DNA from: the human T2T-CHM13v2.0 reference genome, Homo sapiens
Assembly (NCBI RefSeq): GCF_009914755.1
Contig: NC_060938.1
DNA length: 64,000 nt
Direction: 5' to 3' (one strand)
The notes beneath the pieces were generated by a model that did no database searches, was not told the DNA's origin, and saw nothing but the letters and a program-made list of their open reading frames with translations. A program made the position numbers and the translations under genes. Shown in pieces: positions 43,501 through 60,384 of this stretch; position 1 is the first letter of the stretch, and each line of letters begins with the position of its first letter.

Positions 43501-46246
43501 CTCAAAAGTTAGTGATTATTTCCTATTAAGTTATTTCTTCCATTCTCCAGTAACTTCTGCTAATTCAAGTAATTTAATTTGCTTATGCAAAAAAAATCAG
43601 TCTCTTTTTAGTGGGGAAGAGTCCAGTATAACAGCAAAAAAACAAACAAACAAACAAAAAATGGCAGATACTCTAATCTTAGCCAAAATAAACTGAGAGA
43701 TCTTCACAAGAGTTTCTTTCTCAGAATTAGCACCAACTACATTAGTGGGTCTTAGTATAAAATAAAATAGAAAAATAAAGCATGTTCAGGATCTGGGAAT
43801 ACTGAATGCAAAATTCAAATGAACGCCTCCAAGTCATGATTTCATCCAGTGAAGAAGTACACAACCTCCCCAAAAAGAAAAATAAAGGTCAGCACTAGAG
43901 GTAGAACAAGTCCCAGCCCTTAGTATGCTGCTCTCCTCTCAATACTCAGTCCCCTATCACCTTTTCCACTACGACCTCTGTGTCCAGGGCACATGGATAT
44001 CCTTAATTTCTTTACTTCCAGTTACATATAGAGCAGTTTTGACATCTCACTATCATCTCAAATTCAGGCTGGTCAAAACCAATTTCACTCTCATTGGACT
44101 CCATTTATCTCTCAAAGAGAATTCTCCTCCCACCTCCCCATTCTTTCAAGAAGTTCACTATTTTTTTAACCCTTTGGAGTTTTTGTTAACTCTTCTCCTT
44201 TATCTGCTATATACAATTTGTCAACAAGTCATTTTATTTATTACTTCAAAATGTCTCTTTGGTGCTCATGATGGTATTACTTTTAATAGTGGAAATTTGG
44301 AAACTGTTTAAATATCCCAAATTGGAAAATCAGTTAAGTAAACAATGGTACATCCACATAATGGAGTGTTAGGAACCATCAGAATTATGCTTTTAAAAGA
44401 TTATTTAATTACAGGAGAGTATGTTTACATCATAATGATAATGTATATATAGTAAGATTAGAAAAAAAGGTTTAACAAGGAAAAACAGGAAAGAGCAAAA
44501 GGGGAATTTTCTGGGGAGATGACAATGTTCCAGATCTCATTTGGGGTGATGACTATACAAGTATATATAATTGCTAAATTCATTGAACGTTCATTGCCTA
44601 AGATCTGTTCTTCAAATTTTATTACAAGTTAAGTATATCTAAATTTTTTAAAGGGAAAAAAGTCATATTAAAAAAAAAGCAGACTAGGAGCAGACTGGCC
44701 AAAATGTGGGTAATGATTGAATTTAAATACCGAAACTATGGGTGATTCTTTTTTTTGATAAGGGTGGAGAAAAAAAACGGAAGATGGTGAGTTCTTTACA
44801 TATTCTTAATTTCCTCTTCCTCTGCAATCATCTGACAAACCTAAGACAACAGCCCTCTGCCACAGGCCATCCTGGGTTATATCTGCCAGCCTAATCTTCC
44901 TTAAAGGAGCACAGACTTTCTTCATAGGGTCTGGAGAAAGAAAAGTAAGAATATAGTTTCATTTCACCTCCTGTTCAAAAATCCTTACAACTCCCTGCTC
45001 GCCATCTACAAGATTAAGTCTAACCTCCTCTGCTTAATTTGCCACACCCTCTCTAATCTAAACTCATCCCTGCCTCTCTCCACCTTACTGCCCACAAATT
45101 CTGACCATGAACCCTCCGCTTCCATTCGGCTCCTATTTCAAGATCAAACTTTGCTCAAAATAGGAGGCAACTTTTTACCTGCTGAAATGGTGACAGCAAT
45201 GTTAAAATAATTATCTCTAGAGTCTGTTATCCTCACACAAAACCATCACAGGGAAATGATATTTCACACAGAGATGACTGTATTGTACTCGCTCCAAAAT
45301 TGGAAATGTAGCAGTGAGTCCAAAAGTGAACATTGTTGATATTAAATCTTAGAATCCAAAAATAGACGTGTAAACATTGCAATAGTCATAGTGCTTACTG
45401 TGTATAAATCAGTGCAGGCCCTCGTACCGCCTGGGTTGGCCTCAAGCACTCCCGCCCCACACAGGCTAACCATGTGATACCAAGGCTTTGCTGCATTTCA
45501 CCATCTGGGGACTGTGGGTCCTAAGTCCTAGAAGGTTACTAAAACTGAATTGAGTGTTTTCTGTAAAAGCCACAGTGCACAAGTTGATAAAACAATACCA
45601 ACATAAGGCTTTTTTGAGAACACAAATTCTAAACATCTGCTATGAGGACTTCATGGTTCCAAATCAGCTAATGCTCAAACAAAAATTAAGCCTCTTGAAT
45701 TGCGAATTTTTAAAAAAGCATACACAAAACATTTGAGGCTCCTGATGTGTGTTTCTGACTACTAGGTATGTGTTATTAATTGAAATCACAAAAAATAAAC
45801 AAGAAACACAGCCAAAACTAACTGTCACTGTCTCTTATACTCTGTGTCTATGTGCACGTCTCTGTGTGTGTCTGTGACCTTTCATTAGCAAAACAAAGCC
45901 CTGAGCTAGTTGGTGAGTAATTAAAACACACCTGACCTACATATAACCATAACCATATAACCATATTTAGCACATATAACCATAGGTTCTGTCCATAAAC
46001 TAACATTCCTCCTTATCCCAAAACTACTGCTTCATAATGAATTAAGTGTGATATGCCACTCCAGGGGAAGACAGGACAGCCAGCCCTCCCCGTTGACAGT
46101 GACACATAGCTGGCTTCATCTTAGTTCCTCTGAAGGAAACCAAGAGAAGGATCTAGGGGCAGGAACTGACCACCAACCCTGTAAGCTTACATTTTAAATG
46201 TGCTTTAAACACCACTGCCTTCTGATTATTTTATTGCTGAAACAAC

Positions 46247-46847
46247 TGTCAGAGGCATTTGAACCTGAGCAACTCCATCTTGAACAGGGGCTGGGTAAAA
46301 TAAGGCTGAGACCTGCTGGGCTGCATTCCCAGTAAGTTAAGGTATTTTTAGTCACAGGATGAAATAGGAAGTCAGCACAAGATACAGGTCATAAAGACCT
46401 TACTGATAAAACAGGATGCATAAAGAAGGCAACCAAAACCCACCAAAACCAAGATGGCAAGGAGAGTGACCTCTGGTCGTCCTCACCGCTACACCATGGT
46501 ACTACATGGTACCACATACCAACGCCATGGCAGTTTACAAATGCCATGGCAATGTCAAGAAGTTACCCTATATGGTCTAAAAGGGAGAGGAACCCTCAGT
46601 TCGGGAACTACCTATCTCTTTCCCAGAAAACTCATGAATAATCCACCCCTTATTTAGAATATAATCAAGAAGTAACCATAAAAATGGATGACTATTTTTA
46701 TGCCTATGGACTAGCCCTTCTTTTATTCCTTTGCTTTCTTAATAAACTTGCTTTCACTTTACTCTATGGACTCACCCCAAATTCTTTCTTACATGAGATC
46801 CAAGAACCCTCTCTTGGGGTCTGGGTCAGGACCCCTTTCCGGTAACA
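46247..46847 (+). mobile_element. MER41 (B-like) ERV1 solo LTR
   Basis: TGTCAGAGGC...CCGGTAACA ends, 4-bp TSD CAAC, AATAAA at 46741, GAS-containing segment present. Confidence 0.92.
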
Positions 46848-48750
46848 CAACTACTCTCACTTTACAGAATAGGATATAACACATTTTGCACTTTGTTATT
46901 AAGGGCAGCACAAATACAAAACTTAATTTTCCAACAGTTTCTCTATTGTCTACAATTTTTTTTTAATCTGTCTAAGAGAAAAAAGCCAGAAATCTCTGAA
47001 AATGAAGTGGCCTGCCTTATTCCAGAGAGTGGTCTATCCTATTCTCATAAAGCCCTTACCTTCTGCAGGAAGGCCAATTCCACAGTATTTCAAAGTAGCC
47101 CATTTAGCACCTAACATTATCCTCCCAAGACCCCACTCCCTACCTTTCTGAAAAGTATAGAAACATCATATTTTCCAATAGAACTTCCTTGTCCATTTTG
47201 TCAAAAAAATACACTTGCTCTCCAACTTAGCAAATAATTATAACCAGCCTGATTTTTACTGAGAAATGTCTTTCCTTGTGTGTGCCACTCCTGACCCTCC
47301 TCACCATGACCCCACCAGCTGTCCCTCTCCACTACTTGGCCAACCCTCACCTCTCTCTACTCATCACAGAAATGGCATTTCTACTCTATAGTCTAGTGTC
47401 TTTGCACCATTTTTCAGAGGCAACTTGCTCCTGAGAAGTCACTGAATAGCATATTTCTTCTTGTTTTCCTACAGATCAAGTTTGGCTTTAAATACTGGTC
47501 AGCAGCCAACTGCCTCCTGGAAATGACCTGCTCATTGTCTGCTTGCCAGATTCTTGCCTCAGGCACTCCTGTCTCTGTGAATTCCACATTGAGGACACTC
47601 ATTTTCTCAGCTTTTTCCTGCTCATCATGCACCACTGTGGTGTAACCAGCTTCCTCCAAACAATCAGCCAATAAATCCCTCTCTTTCATTTCTGTGTCTC
47701 CTCAGTAGAGAGACAGCCAAATCATACAAACTAACACCAAGAGCTGGGATTATCCAAGACCCACTTGCACATGCCACAAGCAAGATTTCACACTTTGTCA
47801 TCCATGTGCTTAATAGATTTCCCAGAAGCATTGCTTATACCTTTAAACCACATTTTCAGCTTCAAGGTTAAATTAAAAGGTGGGAGAAAAGAGAAACCAA
47901 AACTTGAATGCAGTACTGTAACTTATCCTGCAAAATTCTGCTGCCAGCCACTGGGGGGAGGGGTAGAGACAGGGGGAGTATACTCATTACAGTGAGATAT
48001 TATTGGATATATCAGTGCTAGACAAGTCACAGCTGTCAAACAATTTTAAGTATATTAAAAACTCTGAACAACCTTTAAAGCAGTTAAGCCAGAAGGACTA
48101 CAGCTTGTAAATGAAGCAAATAGCAATCTCGAGTAGCTCAGTGGCTTCCTGAGTAAAAACCCTCTCTTTAGCACATTTAAATTAAAACTAAACACTTTAA
48201 AATCCTTGTCAGATTCCTTAAGAGAGAATGATTGCGGAGAGAAATGCTAAATTATTACTAGAGTTGGGGACGTGAATATGCAAGTATATCAGGAATTCAT
48301 TTAGATGAACTTAGGGCAGTATATATATAAATGTATATATAACTATAAACACAGGGGCATATGCAGTTTCACAGGCAGTTCTCCCAAAAAAAAAAGGTAT
48401 GAAAATAAAACTTCATAGAGAGTTTGAAATCAATAGTCAGACAAAAGATATGGAAAGTCATCTGAAAAAGACAAAAAAAAGCTTTCAGGTTAGCAAGACT
48501 TCATTGTAACCAGAAAAATGTATTAACCAATATAGACAGGTTAAGTCTACTGGGGTGCTAGAGATGGTACCATGAATAATGATAATAATGATATGGTGAC
48601 TTTAACAATGCTTACCACAGTGCTAAGCACTGTTCATAAATTAATTTTCAAAACAACCTTATAGAGTTATAGTATAATAACAAGCTTAGAGGGATGAGAC
48701 TCACCTGGGATCACATAGTTCAGTAAGTGGCCAGACTGGGTCCTGGTCTG

Positions 48751-49069
<319 letters not shown>

Positions 49070-50052
49070 GGGTTCTGGTCTGTTTGTCTATGCCACTGAC
49101 CCAGGAAGGACAGTAAAAAGGAAAAGCAGGCTGTACACACATAAGTGCTTCCAAGGATTAGGATGTCCATCATGGAGATGGAGGGATGTTTGAATCATCT
49201 AATTAACTCCCCTTGCTCTGAATTCAGGCTAACCAACCAACCTAAGGATTCCTTGGCAGCTCGCATAGCTTGCCTGCAGGGAGAGAAGGCACAGTTCAAA
49301 TACACACAAACAGCTATCCACTGAGCAGTGCCCTTCTCACTCTGAATTCATACACTGGCACTTTCAATTTCCATATACGTTTTCTGTGGGTCCTACCAAT
49401 TCAACACAAACAGGGCTGCAAGGTGGGGCCCCTCTATGATGCACAGGTAAGGTATCGCCACGCCAATGTTACCACATAAGGAGCACCAACGGGCAGAGGA
49501 GCCTGATTTTTGGAACTTCTAAGGGTGGGGCAGAGAGAGAAGTGGAGTGGGAAAGCACATGAACTCAGGGGACTGCTATCTGGGTGGAAGAGAGAGAGGG
49601 GTGTTCTGAAATACACGGCCTTCCTCCTGGGCTCCTCCTCACCTCCTCAATCACTATTTACTTTTCCAGACTGGGAATAAGTGGTAGGGTAGAGAGAAAA
49701 ATTGAGAAGCAGCGTTAACAATTCAAGAATAACACAAAGGGAGTGTAAAGCTACTATATAGGGCAGCAGAAGTGGTAGGAGAGAGGGAGTGAAGAAGAAA
49801 CTGTTCTTAAGCAAAAAAAAAAAAAATGAACATTTAACCCCAGAGCATACTATGTGGTCTGGCCTTGTCAGAAGCAGCAAAATACAGGGAAGGGCTTAAA
49901 TCAAAGGCTTTTTTACTTTTTTAGAAGAGCTCAAGAAACAAACATAGCACAGAGGCAAGACTCCAACTTTTAGGGGTTTTAGACCTCATTCCTATTGGAA
50001 AGAATAATTCCAGGAAAGCATTATGGCTTAGCATCTAAGAGCATGGGTTCTG

Positions 50053-50395
<343 letters not shown>

Positions 50396-51025
50396 TCAAA
50401 TCTCAATCACCCAGGTGAGTGGCTTTGGACAAGTTTCTTAACCTCTCTCTTCCTTTACCTTATCTACAAAATGGTATCTATTAGATACTACCTATGTCAC
50501 AGGTGGTTCTCATTCAATGTGAAGATTGAATTAACTCATATATTGTTCCTGCAGATTTTTATGCAGGTAACAATAGAAGGCATACGGGTGCTGGCCATCT
50601 TCTTTCATTAGTACACACCTTTGTGAAGAGACTCTAAGGATTAAGTATATGGCCACAAGTCTAAATCGTGTAACTTTACAACAACCTACCTAAATTCACA
50701 CCATATAAAACAAAAAATCTGAACAGTCAGACATGTATTTAAGATACTGAGTTCACTACCAAAAGCCTTCCCACAGAGAAACTCTAGCCCAAATGGTTTC
50801 ACTGGTGAAATCATTCTAACAACTTCATTTTTCATCTTTAGTTACTGCCAGAAATGGGGGGACCCCGTTCCTTTCCAATCTTGTACTCTCCAAGTGAGCA
50901 GCATCCAGCATAGATATTTAGTGCACACAGGGTAAAATCGCGCTTAAACCATTTTTGAGTCACATGTACCTTTGAAAATTTAAGCAAAAGCAAGTTATTT
51001 TCTCCTATAAAAATACATAGAACAC

Positions 51026-51385
<360 letters not shown>

Positions 51386-51881
51386 CTATGGGCACCCCAA
51401 GCTGCTAAATCAATACTGTTAAATGAGCTTTAACTGGATTAGCACAGTTAAATTGTGGGAATTGAGGAAGTACAGACCAGTTTCCCTACCCTTTGAAAAA
51501 TTACGAATGCTAACAAACTGTTCCTAACCTTGAGCAGTAAGTTCCTCCTGATTTCATTCTACAAATGTCTTTGGGAGATCTCATTATCATATCCTTAAAT
51601 TTTTTCCTTTGTACCAAGGAATTCTTTAATTTCTAATCTAATTCTCAGGTCTTCTTTTACGCTTATCCTATCCTTCAAATTTCCCACCAGCTTCAGTTAT
51701 TAAGTGTGCTTCTCAGATATCACTCATTTCTCTTCCATTATGTATAATTCTAATATTATAAACAGTCCACCCTCACCCACCCACCCCCAATGGCTCTTTT
51801 GCTATTAATGCATATCTACAAATCTTATCTCCTTTGGATCTAAAGAGTCACCTCCAAGGCAAATTCTGGCCAGGATGTATA

Positions 51882-52225
51882 CAGTAGTCCCCGTCCTATC
51901 TGTGGTTTGACTTCCCATGGTTTCAGTCACCCATGGAATAAGTACAATAAGACATTTTGAGAGAGAGACAGAGAGAGAGACACAGAGAGAGAAGGAAGAG
52001 GGAGACCACATTTACGTAACTTTTACTACAGTATATTGTTATAGCTATTCTATTTTACTGTTATTGTTAATCTCTTACTGTGACTAATTTATAAATTAAA
52101 CTTTATCATAGGTATATATGTATAGGGGAAAACATAGGATATACGTATGGGATTCAGTACTATCCACAGTTTCAGGCATCCCTGGGGTCTTGTAACATAT
52201 CCCCATGGTTAAGGGGGGACTATCA
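51882..52225. mobile_element. MER44 (Tigger7-derived MITE) with internal (GA)n
   Basis: TIRs cagtagtcccc ... ggggggacta, preceded by TA. Confidence 0.85.
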
Positions 52226-52899
52226 TGGTTATATTCTTTATCAGATGCAGGAAGATGAAAAATGGAAATTTCATATTTCCCCCCGGCAGTTATCATTCCA
52301 AAGCTACTTTTAGATAGTTGTTCTTTTATTAAAAGAAACTCTCTGCCCTTCAGCTAATAATGTAGCGAGGTTAACCAAGCACTACTAAGAGTACATGTCG
52401 GCAGACTCTGAGAGATTTAATTGCAACTTCATAATTTTCTACAATGTCATATTATTGTATTAAGAGGCTAACCAGAGCTCTGGTTTCCAGTTAAATCAAA
52501 GAATGTATAAAAAAAAATAAAGCACTTAGATAACCAAGTGACAGGTTATAATTTGAGAGTAGGAAAAAACAAAGCTAATAGTGGCCAAGAAACAACGTAA
52601 CGAACTCAAAGAAAGACCTCAACAGCAAGGAAGGAAAAACCAGTGAATATATTTTATCTTAAAACTAAATTAACTTTGGAAAATTACATATTCTACCATT
52701 TGAGGTATAAGCAGAGATTGAGAATTGAAGCAGACTTTGAAACCAAGAAAAGCCAAGTCCTAGAGACAAAATAAAAATAATAACAGCAAATGATCAGTGT
52801 GACAAGGTTGAACACTTTTTGTAGGAGAGAAGTGACAGGATTTTACTCTAATGAAGACAGTACACCCAAGGTGCGAGCAATTATCTACAGCCGTCATCT

Positions 52900-53930
52900 C
52901 AACCTCTTGATTTTTTAATCTACTCTTCAACCCACTAGCTCCCACCTGTACCACTGCACTGAAACAATGATTCACTGGTATCATCTAGAGTTCCATCATT
53001 GTTCTTTTCCTCCCCTGCCCTACTCCCATTCTGATAACTACCAATTTCCACCTCCTACTTTCCACATCTAGGTCTCCCATAAGAACCTCAACATTAACTC
53101 ATCGAAAACCAACTCCTCAGCTTCCATCCAAAGCCTGCTCTCCCTACTCCCCAACAGCAGCACCACACCACAAACTACCCAACTGCCAAAGCTATCCGAG
53201 ACTCCTTCCTCTCTCACACTCCAAAAGTTCACATAAATGCTAACAAGCAGCATCAATTTTACCTCCTAGGTGAATCTCAAATGTTCCTTTCCTCTCCTTC
53301 TCTACTTCCATGCCTGCAGTTCGCTTAGGCCCTCCACAATTTCTCCAATAAAACAGTCTCCTAATTGATTCCTCTCTGCCTTCAATCTCAGCCTCCTCCA
53401 ATCTCTCTGTCCCACTGTCACTGAAATACAAATCTGACCATGTCACTCCGCCACACAGAACCTTTCAACACTTATCCATCCATTGTCTGTCAGGTTCTTT
53501 CAGACTGGCCCACATCCACATCTTCAGCTGCCACCATTCACCTCCTCCCACTCTCCAACACACATATACACATAACACTGTAACAACGTAGCATGACTGT
53601 GTTTCCCTGTATATAACATGTGGTTTGGGAATTCCTTTGCATCACATAATTCTCTTTAAGTTCAGCCACATTCATCTTTTAATACCCTACTGAGGCTATA
53701 ATCATTCTGTCAAGCCTTCCTTAACCACCCTTCTATCTACCTTCACGTCCCTTTACTCCTTCCTTGCCTTGTACAGACTTTACTACTATATATATGACAT
53801 TATCTTGTTACTGTTCACGTGAGTATTCCCTCTACCAGATTGTGAGCTCACTGGCAAAGTGAAGCCCTGTCTTTTTTATTAGCAAAATGTAAAAGTGTAA
53901 CACTGAGTCATTTAAATAAACATTAAGAAT
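52900..53930 (+). mobile_element. L2
   Basis: aaatctgaccatgtcactcc; accagattgtgagctc. Confidence 0.65.
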
Positions 53931-54957
53931 TAACTAAAACAATGTCTTCACCCATGAGATTTCATCTCATATTTGAAGTATCCCCAAAAAAAACATTTTC
54001 GAGAAAAAAAAAAGATGTGCAAATATAAACAATATAAAATACACAGAGTTCAAGCTCAGGTAAATAAAAATTTACACAAGGTGATTTGGAAAGCCAGAAA
54101 TTCCAAGAAATCTTTCAAATGGATACATAACAACAAAACCAAAAAGGCATTAGCATAATGTGGTTAAAAAAAATATGCCTCAGGGACAGACACCTGACAC
54201 TTGAGATGATGTGAAGCAGAATGGAGCAAAGCCTAAAGGAGCTGGAAGTCCTGATTCTCATTTTTTCATCAGCTATGACTCCAGGAGACCCCAAGAGAAA
54301 TACATGACACAAACCACTTTCTGAAGGAACTACTTTGCACAATGGCCTGTAAACTTTAAGAAAGGCATAATCCATTCAAAATTTCTTAGACTGTGTTGAT
54401 CAAAAGAGGTGTTAGTTTTCAGAAATGGAAAGATGTAAGGGATTCATCATCAACTCCCTCTATTTATAACAGAAGAAACTGAGGCTTAGAGAGAAAACTA
54501 CTTACCCAAGTTCTTACCACTAGTTAAGTGGAAGATGAGAAATGAAGACAGTGGCTTCCATGTTCTCTGTCTGGGACTCTTTATGGGCTATTTTGCTTTA
54601 CAGGCACACCTCACATACATTATAGGATCAGTTCCAGGCCATCACAATAAAGCAAATATCTCAATAAAGTAGTCACACACATTTTTGGTTTCCTGGTGCA
54701 TGTAAAAGTTGTGTTTACAATACACCGTAGTCTATAAAGTGCACAATAGCTTTATGTCTAAAAAAACAAAAATGGATATACCTTAAAAATACTTTATTGC
54801 TAAAAAATGCTAACAATCATCTGAGCCTTTAGCGAGTTGTAATCTTTTTTGCTGGTGGAGGGTCTTGCCTTCATGTTGATGGCTGCTAACTCATCATAGC
54901 GGTGGTAGCTGAAGGCTGAGGTGGTTGTGGCACGTTCTTAAAATAAGATGACAATGA

Positions 54958-55356
<399 letters not shown>

Positions 55357-55943
55357 TCAAATTGGAGTCAATCCTCCCAAACCCTGCCACTGCTTGATCA
55401 ACTAAGTTTACATAATGTTCTAAATCCTTTGTTGTCATTTCAACAATGTTCACAACATTTTCAGGAGTTGATTCCCTCTCAAGAAACCACTTTCTTTGCT
55501 CATCCATAAGAAGCAACTCCTCATTTGTTGAAGTTTGATCATGAGATTGCAGCAATTCAGTCAAATCTTCAGGCTCTACTTCTCATTCTAGTTATCTTGC
55601 TATTCCCATCACATCTGCACTGCAGCTACTCTCTCTATTGAAGTCGAAGCTCTCAAGGTCATCCATGAGGGTTGGAATCAACCCCTTCCAAACTCCTGTT
55701 AATGCTGATATTTCGACTTCCTCCTGTGAATCACAAATGTTCTAAATGGCATCTAGAATGGTGAATCCTTTTCAGAAGGTTTTCGATTTGTTTTGCCCAG
55801 ATCCATCAGAGGAATTACTATCTATGGCAGCTACAGCCTTAAGAAATGAATTTCTTAAATAATAAGACTTGAAAATCAAAATTACTCCTTGACCCATGAG
55901 CTGAAGATTGGATGGTATGTCAGCAGGCATGAAAACAACATTC

Positions 55944-56250
55944 GGCCGGGCACGGTGGCTCACGCCTGTAATTCCAGCACTTTGGGAGGCCGAGGCGGGT
56001 GGACCACGAGATCAGGAGATCAAGATCATCCTGGCTAACATGGTGAAACCCCGTCTCTACTAAAAATACAAAAAATTATCTGGGCGCAGTGGCAGGCGCC
56101 TGTAGTCTCAGCTACTCGGGAGGCTGAGGCAGAAGAATGGCGTGAACCCAGGAGGCAGAGCTTGCAGTGAGCTGAGATAAAGCCACTGCACTCCAGCCTG
56201 GGGGACAGAGTGAGACTCCATCTCAAAAAAAAAAAAAAAAAAGAAAAAGA
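55944..56250 (+). mobile_element. AluY in Tigger1
   Basis: TSD gaaaacaacattc. Confidence 0.93.
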
Positions 56251-57410
56251 AAACAACATTCATCTCCTTGTATATCTCCATTAGAGCTCTTGGGTAACAA
56301 GGTGGATAGTCAATGAGTAGTAATACTTTGGGGGAAAAGAAAAACAAAACGTTTTTCTAAGCAGTGGGCCTCAACAGTGAATTCAGAATATTTGGTGGAC
56401 CATGTGTAAACAGAAGTGTTGTCATCTAGGCTTTGCTGTTCCATTTACAGAGCATAGGCAGGGTAGATTTAGCATGGTTGTTAGACGCCCTAAGATTTTC
56501 AGAATGGTAAATGAGCACTGGCTTCAACTTAAGTCACCAGTGGCATTAGTTCCTAACAAGAGAGTCAGCCTGGCCCAAGCTTTGGCACTGATTTCTCCTC
56601 TGCAGCTGTAAAAGTCAGAGATGGTAACATCTTCTAATAGATGGTTGTTTCATCCACATTGAAACTCTGTTGTTTGGTGTAGCCACCTTCATCAATGTCT
56701 CAGCTAAGTCTTCTGGACAACTTGCGGCAGCTTTAGCTTCTACAACAGCATTTAGTGCTTCACCTTGCACTTTTATGTTAGAGAGATGGCTATTTTCCTT
56801 AAACCTCATAAGCCAACCAACCTCTGTTACTGTCCAACTTTTCTTCTGCAGCTTCCTCAACTCTCTCAGCCTTTATACAACTGAAGAGAGCCAAGGCCTT
56901 GCTCTGGGTTAGGCTTTGGCATAAGGAACGTTGTGGCTGGTTTGATATTCTATCCAGACCACTGAAACTTTCTCAATTATCAGCAATAAGGTTGTTTTAC
57001 TTTCTTATCATTCACATGTTTACTGGAGTAGTAGTTTTAATTTCCTTCAAGAACTTTACCTTTAAATTCACAACTTGTCTAATTGTCTGATGCAAGAGGC
57101 CTAGCTTTTGGTCTGTTTCAGCTTTTGACATGCCTTCCTCACTAAGCTAAATCACTTCTAGCTTTTGATTTAAAATGAGAGACATGTGACTCTTCCTTTC
57201 ATTGGAACACTTAAAGGCCATTATAGGGTTATTAATTGGCCTAATTTCAATACTGTTGTGTCTCGGGGAATAGGGAGGCCTGAGAAGAGGGACAGAGGCT
57301 GAGGAACAACCGCTCAGCAGAGCAGTCACAACACATACAACATTTATCGATTAAGTTTGCTGTAGGGGCACATTTCATGGTGTCCCAAAGCAATTAAAAT
57401 AGTAACTTCA

Positions 57411-57716
57411 GGTCGGGCGCGGTGGCTCACGCCTGTAATCCCAGCACTTTGGGAGGCCAAGGTGGGTGGATCACAAGATCAGGAGATAGAGACCATCCTG
57501 GCTAACATGGTGAAACCCTGTCTCTACTAAAAATACAAAAAATTAGCCAGGCGTGGTGGCGGGCGCCTGTAGTCCCAGCTACTCAGGAGGCTGAGGCAGG
57601 AGACTGGTGTGAACCCCGGAGGCAGAGCTTGCAATGAGCCGAGACAGAGCCACTGCACTCCAGCCTGGGCGACAGAGCGGGACTCCATCTCAAAAATAAA
57701 TAAATAAATAAATAAT
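57411..57716 (+). mobile_element. AluY in Tigger1 with (TAAA)n tail
   Basis: TSD agtaacttca. Confidence 0.92.
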
Positions 57717-57904
57717 TTTTAAAAAGTAACTTCAAAGATCTCTCATCACAGATCACTATAACAGATATAGTAACAATGCAAAGGTTTGCAATATTGCAAG
57801 AATTATCAATATGTGACACAAAGATATGAAAGGGGCATATGCTGTTGGAAAAAATGGTACCAACAGTTTTGTTCCACACAAGGTTGCCACAAACCTTCAA
57901 TTTG

Positions 57905-58202
57905 TTTGGGCACAGTGGCTCACGCCTGTAATCCCAGCACTTTGGGAGGCTGAGGTGGGTAGATCATGAGGTCAGGAGTTCGAGACTAGCCTGACCAACA
58001 TGGTGAAACCCTGTCTCTACTAAAAATACAAAAATTAGCCAGGCGTGGTGGCTCCCGTGTATAATGCCAGCTACTCAGGAGGCTGAGGCAGGAGAATTGC
58101 TTAAACCCCGGAGGCGGGAGGTTGCAGTGAGCCAAGATCGTGCCATTGCACTCCAGCCTGGGTGACAGAACAAGACTTCGTCAAAAAAAAAAAAAAAAAA
58201 AA
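57905..58202 (+). mobile_element. AluS in Tigger1
   Basis: Full dimer near the Tigger1 terminus. Confidence 0.92.
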
Positions 58203-59192
58203 GCAACCCCCAATATCTATGAAGTGCAATAAAACGAGGTGTGCATGTGATTTGTTTATACCCATAAGAGCTGCTTTGCTTTCCTAATTCTAGAAGTCTG
58301 TAGGTGGTATCCAGACTTCATTTAATTGTTAAAAATGGTTTCCACAACACATAGATTACTTTTATCTCTTACTCTTTTCTTCCCCTAACAGGAATACCAG
58401 TTCTCAAAGTACAAGTCCCATCAAGTTGGATCAAAAGCTCTCGGTACTAATGCTGATACTGTAACATGCCATTATACATCATTACTCATCCTGGTTTGCA
58501 AAACCCATCTATCACTTCATTAGTATTTCATAAAAAACACTATCATTTCCCTCACTAATTCTGGTGAAGTGATTTTGTTTTACAGTAACACGAAAGAGAA
58601 ATCAGCGGGGACAGTGATTACCCAACAGGCAGGATCATCTTGGAATTAGAGAACTTAAGAACCACTGTGGCAATGGAATAAAACACATCTCAGTGACGGA
58701 GTATTTTAAGTACAAAGAAGTAACAGTGGGTTCCACCAATGATCGTAAAATCAAGTATCTAATAAAATCATTGAAATGTAAAAATAGTATTTACTGAATA
58801 CTTGCCACATGTTAGAGACTGTTCTAAAACTTTTATAAATATTGTCGCTAGTCCTCACAAAACCCCCCAAAGACAGGTATTACACAAATTAGGAAAGTGA
58901 CCAGCACCAGGATGTATATATACAATGGGCTTAGAGGGAATGAGGGCACCAAGTGGGACGTGGTTCCAGTTTTCCTTACAGAACAGTAAGCACACGTTCT
59001 ATGGACTGTATATGTATGTATGGTGTTGAGTACCCTGATATGCAAACAAAAGCACAAGCATGTTACCTAGGTGGAATATTTAAGGAGGGACTGGGAAAAC
59101 TATGGCTACCCTCCCCCCACCCTATGTACCTCTTAGCACCACACAAAAATGGAGAACCCCTAAGTTAAAGTAACTTGCTCACATTGATGTAG

Positions 59193-59569
<377 letters not shown>

Positions 59570-60384
59570 GCCTTGTCTCTTTCTACTCTATCATAATATC
59601 CCCTTTCTGTAAATGCTCCAGAGTGTCTAAGTACCGTATATAATTAGTAGCTAACAATTTCAGAAATCACCAAATATGAAAAATAAGTTATACTTCTAAG
59701 AAGCCGAAACTACCATCTAGAATTTTCTAATGCCCTAGAACAGCATGTACACTAACAGACTCAATGCCTCCTAAGATAAAGCTCCAGTGTATTTTAAAAC
59801 ACATACAAATGATAGGAGTCTCTTTTTTTGGCTGGAGAATGGGGAGGAAAAGAGGGAGAAAACGGTCTCCCTTAGGAGACCAAAGCTGGTTTAACACCAA
59901 GCTGGTCCATATGGATGACAGAATTTTTGGATTATGCTAAACACTCAGTTTAAAATCTGGGTATAATCCAATGACATCCAATATCTTAATCATAATTTGA
60001 GAGACTGAAATGCCTACATTTTAAGGAGGAATTCATTCATTCAACAAATTTCAAGAAGACCTGGACTAGGTAGGAGGTATTATGGATGCCACAGATATGT
60101 GCAGGACACAGTTCCTTCTTAGGTGTGCTTACACCTAATTAGAAAAATCAGATAAATATGTGAAAAGACAAAAAAAAAAAAAAGGAGCAAATGAACAAAT
60201 TCCCAAAATGGTGAGTTGCCAAGAAGCAGAGGAACTGAAGGAAGGAAAAAGCACTGTGTTTTTTCAGGAAAACAATAGTAGCACTTTAAGTCAGCCCTTG
60301 AAGGGAAAATGAGAATTAGAACTAGAGGTGAGGGAGTGGGGAATACGTGAAAGTCCAGAAACAAGGAAATAAAGGCTATTTAAA

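Noticed and set aside
47414-47689. 91-aa minus-strand ORF with plausible composition
   Set aside because: No recognisable homology, splice signals or promoter context; the length is within chance expectation.
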